Below are positions 26,776 through 31,089 of a stretch of DNA of 31,089 nt, piece after piece. Below the pieces are notes generated by a model. That model was not told where the DNA came from, made no database searches, and worked only from the letters and a program-made list of their open reading frames with translations. Numbering within the stretch: position 1 is the first letter of the stretch; every line of letters begins with the position of its first letter. Source of the DNA: a virus (Duplodnaviria; Caudoviricetes); IMG/VR virus record IMGVR_UViG_3300025022_000123, positions 1 to 31,089 of that record. One strand, written 5' to 3'. Both the position numbers and the translations under genes were made by a program.

Positions 26776-28878
26776 ATGGCTGAAATTATTAACGCAGCTC
26801 CAATGGTAATAGATCTTGGTACTAATGATCTATCTACAAGAGTTGTACCATTGAATTCTTTAAATATTCCTCAACATTTACCTAAGTTTTATATGTTTGC
26901 AGAAAAAGGTCCAATTGGACCAACTTATGTAGACCATTCAGCTGTATCTCTTACTCAGTTATATGGTGATGAAACATTTAATTTGATGAATAAATATTTA
27001 ACTCATCAAACTGTATTCGCTCAATCCGCTGCTGCAGCTGGAAATAATTGTGTTATACAAAGAGTTGTACCTATTGATGCCAATGATTCATCTAATGTAA
27101 CTATGTATTTAGATGTATTACCAACTCAAGTTACATTATATGTAAAAAATGTTGATGGTTCATTATCATTAGATGCTAATGGATTACCTATACCTGTACT
27201 TGATAATTTAGGTGCACCAACATTAATTCCTGGATATAGTGTTAAATGGGTAACTGATTTCACTCCTACACCTATAGGTACAGCTGTACAAGGTTTAAAA
27301 ACAGTAAGAGTTGGTACTCAGATTGATCCTATTACTTCTGTACAATCTACACAAATTCCAATTTTTGAATTTGTAGCTAAATATGCTGGTGAATATGGTA
27401 ATAAATTAGCTATTCGTATGTTTCCTGCTTTAACTACAGATTTGGAACCGTATCCAAGTTATATGTTAACTGATATGAAGAATTTCCCTTACTATTTCCA
27501 ATTAATGCAAGTAGTTAATCCATTGACAGGAAGATTAGTACCTGTAACCAATACATCTTTATTAGCTAAAACTAGATTTACTTTAGATAGTAATACGTTA
27601 GATAGTAACACTCAAGCCCATGTTGATTTAGAAACAATGGTTAATAAAGGGTTTGTTGAGTTTGCGTCACCAGAAACAACTAGAATGTTAGGTAACATCT
27701 ATATTTATAAGGCTAATTTATTAAATGAATTAACTAACTTTTATAACTCTGAAAAGATTACTACAGATATCTTTAAAGATGCATCTATTAATACTTCAGT
27801 TATAAACCCATATGCTATTAATGTTGTTAGTTTTACTAATTCAACAGGTTCACCATACCAATCTATTAAATTGGTAGATAATGTTGATTCTGTAAGATTA
27901 ACTAGAAATACTAATATTTTCTTAAAAGGTGCTTTTGATGGAACTATTAACCTAGCTACATTAGATGCATTAGTAGCAGATGATATGTTATTATATAATA
28001 GTAATATTTCTGAATACAATGATTTAGTATTACATCCTGAATCTATTATTTATGATTCTGGTTTTAGCTTAGCAACTAAAAAAGCTATGTGTAAATTTAT
28101 TTCTAAACGTAAAGATACTTATGTTGTATTATCAACAATAGCACATGATAATCCTTCTCAAGATTTAGCTTCTCAATATTCTGTAGCAGTGTCACTTAAA
28201 ACTACACTAGACTTATATCCAGAATCTTCTTCATTTGGTACACCAGTAATGAGAGGTTTAATATCTATTGGTTCTGGTAATATCATTGGTTCTAATTATA
28301 CAAATAAAGTACCTTTAACATATGAAATTTGTTATAAAGCTGCTAAATATATGGGTGCAAGTACTGGTGCATGGAAAAACAATTTTGCATTTGATCATGC
28401 TCCTAACTCTATTGTTACACAACTTAATAATATTGACATAACATGGCTACCAGCTACCACTAGAAATAGTTTGTGGACTGTTGGTATTAACTTTGTTCTT
28501 AATTATAAAGTTAATACACAATTTTTCCCAGCAATTAAAACTGTATATGAAAATGATACATCAGTATTAAATAGTTTCTTTACAGTTGTAGCTATTGCAT
28601 ACTTAAATAAAGTTGCTCATAGTGCGTGGAGAGAATTTACTGGGGCTATTTCTTTAACTAACGCTCAATTAGAAGAACAAGTTAATAACTTTGTTGCTGC
28701 CGCAGTAAAAGATAAATTTGATGGTAAATTTGTAATTGTACCAAATGCTACAGTTACAGCATTGGATAATTTACGTGGTTATTCATGGACGTTACCAATA
28801 AAGATTTATGCAAACAATATGAAAACAGTCATGTCTACATATGTTGAAGCTTATCGTATGAGTGATTTACCTAAATAA
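26776..28878 (+). CDS. Tail sheath protein (phiKZ gp29-like)
   Basis: 700 aa; NAAPMVIDLGTNDLS, PQHLPKFY..AEKGP, IYDSGF, GYSW....IYANNMKTV. Confidence 0.9.
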   Translation: MAEIINAAPMVIDLGTNDLSTRVVPLNSLNIPQHLPKFYMFAEKGPIGPTYVDHSAVSLTQLYGDETFNLMNKYLTHQTVFAQSAAAAGNNCVIQRVVPIDANDSSNVTMYLDVLPTQVTLYVKNVDGSLSLDANGLPIPVLDNLGAPTLIPGYSVKWVTDFTPTPIGTAVQGLKTVRVGTQIDPITSVQSTQIPIFEFVAKYAGEYGNKLAIRMFPALTTDLEPYPSYMLTDMKNFPYYFQLMQVVNPLTGRLVPVTNTSLLAKTRFTLDSNTLDSNTQAHVDLETMVNKGFVEFASPETTRMLGNIYIYKANLLNELTNFYNSEKITTDIFKDASINTSVINPYAINVVSFTNSTGSPYQSIKLVDNVDSVRLTRNTNIFLKGAFDGTINLATLDALVADDMLLYNSNISEYNDLVLHPESIIYDSGFSLATKKAMCKFISKRKDTYVVLSTIAHDNPSQDLASQYSVAVSLKTTLDLYPESSSFGTPVMRGLISIGSGNIIGSNYTNKVPLTYEICYKAAKYMGASTGAWKNNFAFDHAPNSIVTQLNNIDITWLPATTRNSLWTVGINFVLNYKVNTQFFPAIKTVYENDTSVLNSFFTVVAIAYLNKVAHSAWREFTGAISLTNAQLEEQVNNFVAAAVKDKFDGKFVIVPNATVTALDNLRGYSWTLPIKIYANNMKTVMSTYVEAYRMSDLPK

Positions 28879-28990
28879 TATTAAATACAGTAGTTAGTAT
28901 TAGAATCTTAATATGTAATATATTAATATTTAAAATATTAATTACTGTTATTATTTAGGATAAAAACAATTAATTTGAAAGGAAATTTAA

Positions 28991-29863
28991 ATGAGCAGAT
29001 TAACAGACGCTTTAATGGCTGGCTCTTATGCACGTGGTATAGATAAACCTATGTTGGATTTACAACATGGTGGGCAAAATGGTTGGGCTCCTGATTTAAC
29101 ATCATGGGTAAGTAATCAAGCATATGTATCTAGACCTTTAGTATGTATTTTACTAGAAGCACCTAGACTTTTTTCAGTTATGCCAAATAGTGAAAAATGG
29201 ACAGCTAGTTTAAAATCTATGTTTGAACTTCATGCTAAAACCATTGATGGTATGAGTGCTACTCTTACTGTAGATTTTGATGAACATACAGTTGGTGGTG
29301 CTGGTGAAGTACAACATGAATTAACTAATGTTACAAGAGAATCTTCTAAACCTAAATTTACATTTGTTGAAAAATATGGTCGACCTATCCAATCTTTACT
29401 TGAATATTGGATTAGATATGGTATGATGGATGAAAATACTAAGTTCTCATTAGCTTCAACATTAGCTAATGGTGCAAATGTTGCTGATTTGTTAGCAGAT
29501 TGGTATACTTGTACTTGTTTATTCTTTGTACCAGACCCATTGCATAAAAAAATAGATAAAGCATGGATTACTACTAATATGGCACCTAAAAGTTCAGGTG
29601 ACATTACTGCTAAAAGAGATTTAACTACTGCACAAGAAATATTAACATTAGATATTGAATTTACAGGTTTGTCTCAGTATGGTATTGGTGTTAACTTATT
29701 TGCTCAAGGTATTTTAGATAATATTAATAAAGTTAATGCAGATCCATACATGCGTCCTAGTTTTGTTAATGGCGTGTCACCAGATGTTCTTGCAACTACA
29801 GAAGGTTATAAACAAAGATATGAAAAAACAGGTACAACTGCTGTAACAAATATGTCTATTTAA
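28991..29863 (+). CDS. Tail tube protein (phiKZ gp30-like)
   Basis: 290 aa directly after the sheath; GGQNGWAPD, LLEAP, EKYGRPI motifs. Confidence 0.85.
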   Translation: MSRLTDALMAGSYARGIDKPMLDLQHGGQNGWAPDLTSWVSNQAYVSRPLVCILLEAPRLFSVMPNSEKWTASLKSMFELHAKTIDGMSATLTVDFDEHTVGGAGEVQHELTNVTRESSKPKFTFVEKYGRPIQSLLEYWIRYGMMDENTKFSLASTLANGANVADLLADWYTCTCLFFVPDPLHKKIDKAWITTNMAPKSSGDITAKRDLTTAQEILTLDIEFTGLSQYGIGVNLFAQGILDNINKVNADPYMRPSFVNGVSPDVLATTEGYKQRYEKTGTTAVTNMSI

Positions 29864-29880
29864 TATTTTTTAAAATTTAT

Positions 29881-29919
29881 CACACCATAGGCTATAAAAA
29901 GCCTATGGTGTGTTTTTTT
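29881..29919 (+). terminator. Rho-independent terminator
   Basis: CACACCATAGGC-TATAAAAA-GCCTATGGTGTG + T run. Confidence 0.85.
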
Positions 29920-29973
29920 ATATATAGTAAAACATATACTAAATATTTTGGTTAAAAATTAAAAGGAAACATT

Positions 29974-30729
29974 ATGTCTATTGTAAAATTTACAGGTACA
30001 GTATTATCTAATTTAGGTAAAAAAGGTATTTTAACTCCTGATGCAAATGGTTATTACACATTTATTATAGGTGGGTTAAATTGTTATAATAGTGCTGGTG
30101 AATATTATGTTGCTAAAGGTGCTATTGCTTTATTTGAGAAATCATCAGCATTAATGAGAAGAATAACAACAGGTTCTTTATATGGTGAATTAGGTCATCC
30201 ACAAAGAGCTCAAGGTGTTAATATGAATGATTTTTACAATAGAGTTTTAACTATTGAACAACAAAATATAACATGTCATTTTAGCGAAATTTGGTTAGAT
30301 TTTGATTATGGTAAAAATAATCCTGAAGCTAATAATAAAGAATTAATAGCTATTATGGGTAAAATAAAACCAGCTGGTCCTCATGCTGATTCTTTAAAAG
30401 CTAGTATAGAAAATGGTAAAGAAAATGTAGCATTTTCTATTAGAGGTATAACCGAGAATAAATTAGTAAATGGTAGAGTTGAAAGAACGTTAGAACAAAT
30501 AATAACATGGGATAAAGTAGTAGAACCTGGTATCTCTATTGCTAATAAATGGAAATCTCCTGTATTAGAAGAATTATCTAATGTACTCATTACTAAAAAA
30601 GAATTAGTGCAAATGGCAAAAGCTAATAAAGAATCATGTTTTGCAACTGAAAGTTCTAAAGATTTAAATAATGAAATTATAACTAAATTTACAGATAAAT
30701 CAGTTACACCTAATATTTTTAAATGGTGA
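29974..30729 (+). CDS. Prohead maturation serine protease (phiKZ gp175 / T4 gp21-like)
   Basis: GELGHP (His), AFSIRG (Ser), TWDKVVEPG (Asp); possible C-terminal self-cleavage site ATE. Confidence 0.88.
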   Translation: MSIVKFTGTVLSNLGKKGILTPDANGYYTFIIGGLNCYNSAGEYYVAKGAIALFEKSSALMRRITTGSLYGELGHPQRAQGVNMNDFYNRVLTIEQQNITCHFSEIWLDFDYGKNNPEANNKELIAIMGKIKPAGPHADSLKASIENGKENVAFSIRGITENKLVNGRVERTLEQIITWDKVVEPGISIANKWKSPVLEELSNVLITKKELVQMAKANKESCFATESSKDLNNEIITKFTDKSVTPNIFKW

Positions 30730-30737
30730 TATATAAA

Positions 30738-31089
30738 ATGGATAAATATGAAACATTTTCAGAAACAATGGAAGCTAATGCCGCAGCTTTAAATGGTAGT
30801 ATTAGCAAAATAGCATTAGAAAACATACTTAAAGAGTATATAGCTACAAGTCCAACCACTACAAATGGTGTTTTAACAGGTGGTCCATTAACATTGACTG
30901 CTGACCCTACTACGCCACTGCAAGCTGCTACTAAACAATATGTTGATAGTGGTGACCTAACATTACAAACTCAAGTTACAACACTACAAGGAACTGTAGG
31001 TACACTTAATGCTAATCCAGTTACCTTATCATATGTAGATACGCAAGATACACTTAAGGTAAATAAGGCTGGTGATACCATGACTGGTC
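30738..31089 (+). CDS. Tail-fibre-repeat virion protein, 3'-truncated by the window (not in the ORF track)
   Basis: Manual translation MDKYETFSETMEANAAAL...GGPLTLTADPTTPLQAATKQYVD...KVNKAGDTMTG, open to the end of the window. Confidence 0.8.
   Translation, partial: MDKYETFSETMEANAAALNGSISKIALENILKEYIATSPTTTNGVLTGGPLTLTADPTTPLQAATKQYVDSGDLTLQTQVTTLQGTVGTLNANPVTLSYVDTQDTLKVNKAGDTMTG
30922..31089 (+). repeat. 168-bp direct repeat, copy B (copy A at 11410-11577)
   Basis: About 91% identity by manual alignment; similarity runs to the last base of the window. Confidence 0.9.

Noticed and set aside
312-30590. Short antisense ORFs (312-563, 4200-4457, 9581-9934, 13122-13307, 15888-16196, 19387-19644, 27741-28019, 29230-29604, 30381-30590)
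   Set aside because: They lie essentially within longer genes on the opposite strand and have no motifs or RBS.
1-31089. Uracil-substituted DNA (as in AR9/PBS1) or nucleus-forming lifestyle
   Set aside because: Cannot be read from this window; no chimallin, tubulin or dUTP-pathway gene was recognised here.

Overview
Very AT-rich (roughly 22-25% GC by eye) segment of a phiKZ-related jumbo myophage. Core genes: SbcC/Rad50-like ATPase (5'-truncated), phiKZ-type PolB catalytic subunit, virion RNA polymerase beta-like subunit (gp178-like), the gp26-gp30-like tail/baseplate block with sheath and tube, and a gp175-like prohead protease. There are also two peptidoglycan hydrolases, a permuted papain-like amidase and four tRNAs (Leu-TAA, Asn-GTT, Ile2-CAT, Arg-TCT). 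The accessory region at 1.4-4.2 kb is a tandem array of four expression cassettes. Each has a ~107-bp promoter/hairpin/RBS leader and a small BspA/DUF285 repeat protein with variable repeat number and mosaic repeats; the first three also end in a terminator. The same leader, with half of the terminator still attached, recurs 16 kb away in front of an unrelated, GC-richer polynucleotide-kinase-like gene, which suggests a mobile regulatory or gene-capture module. A separate ~120-bp GC/CpG-rich, self-complementary patch lies inside a structural gene at 23709-23830. phiKZ gp assignments come from recalled motifs, sizes and synteny, not from a database search.
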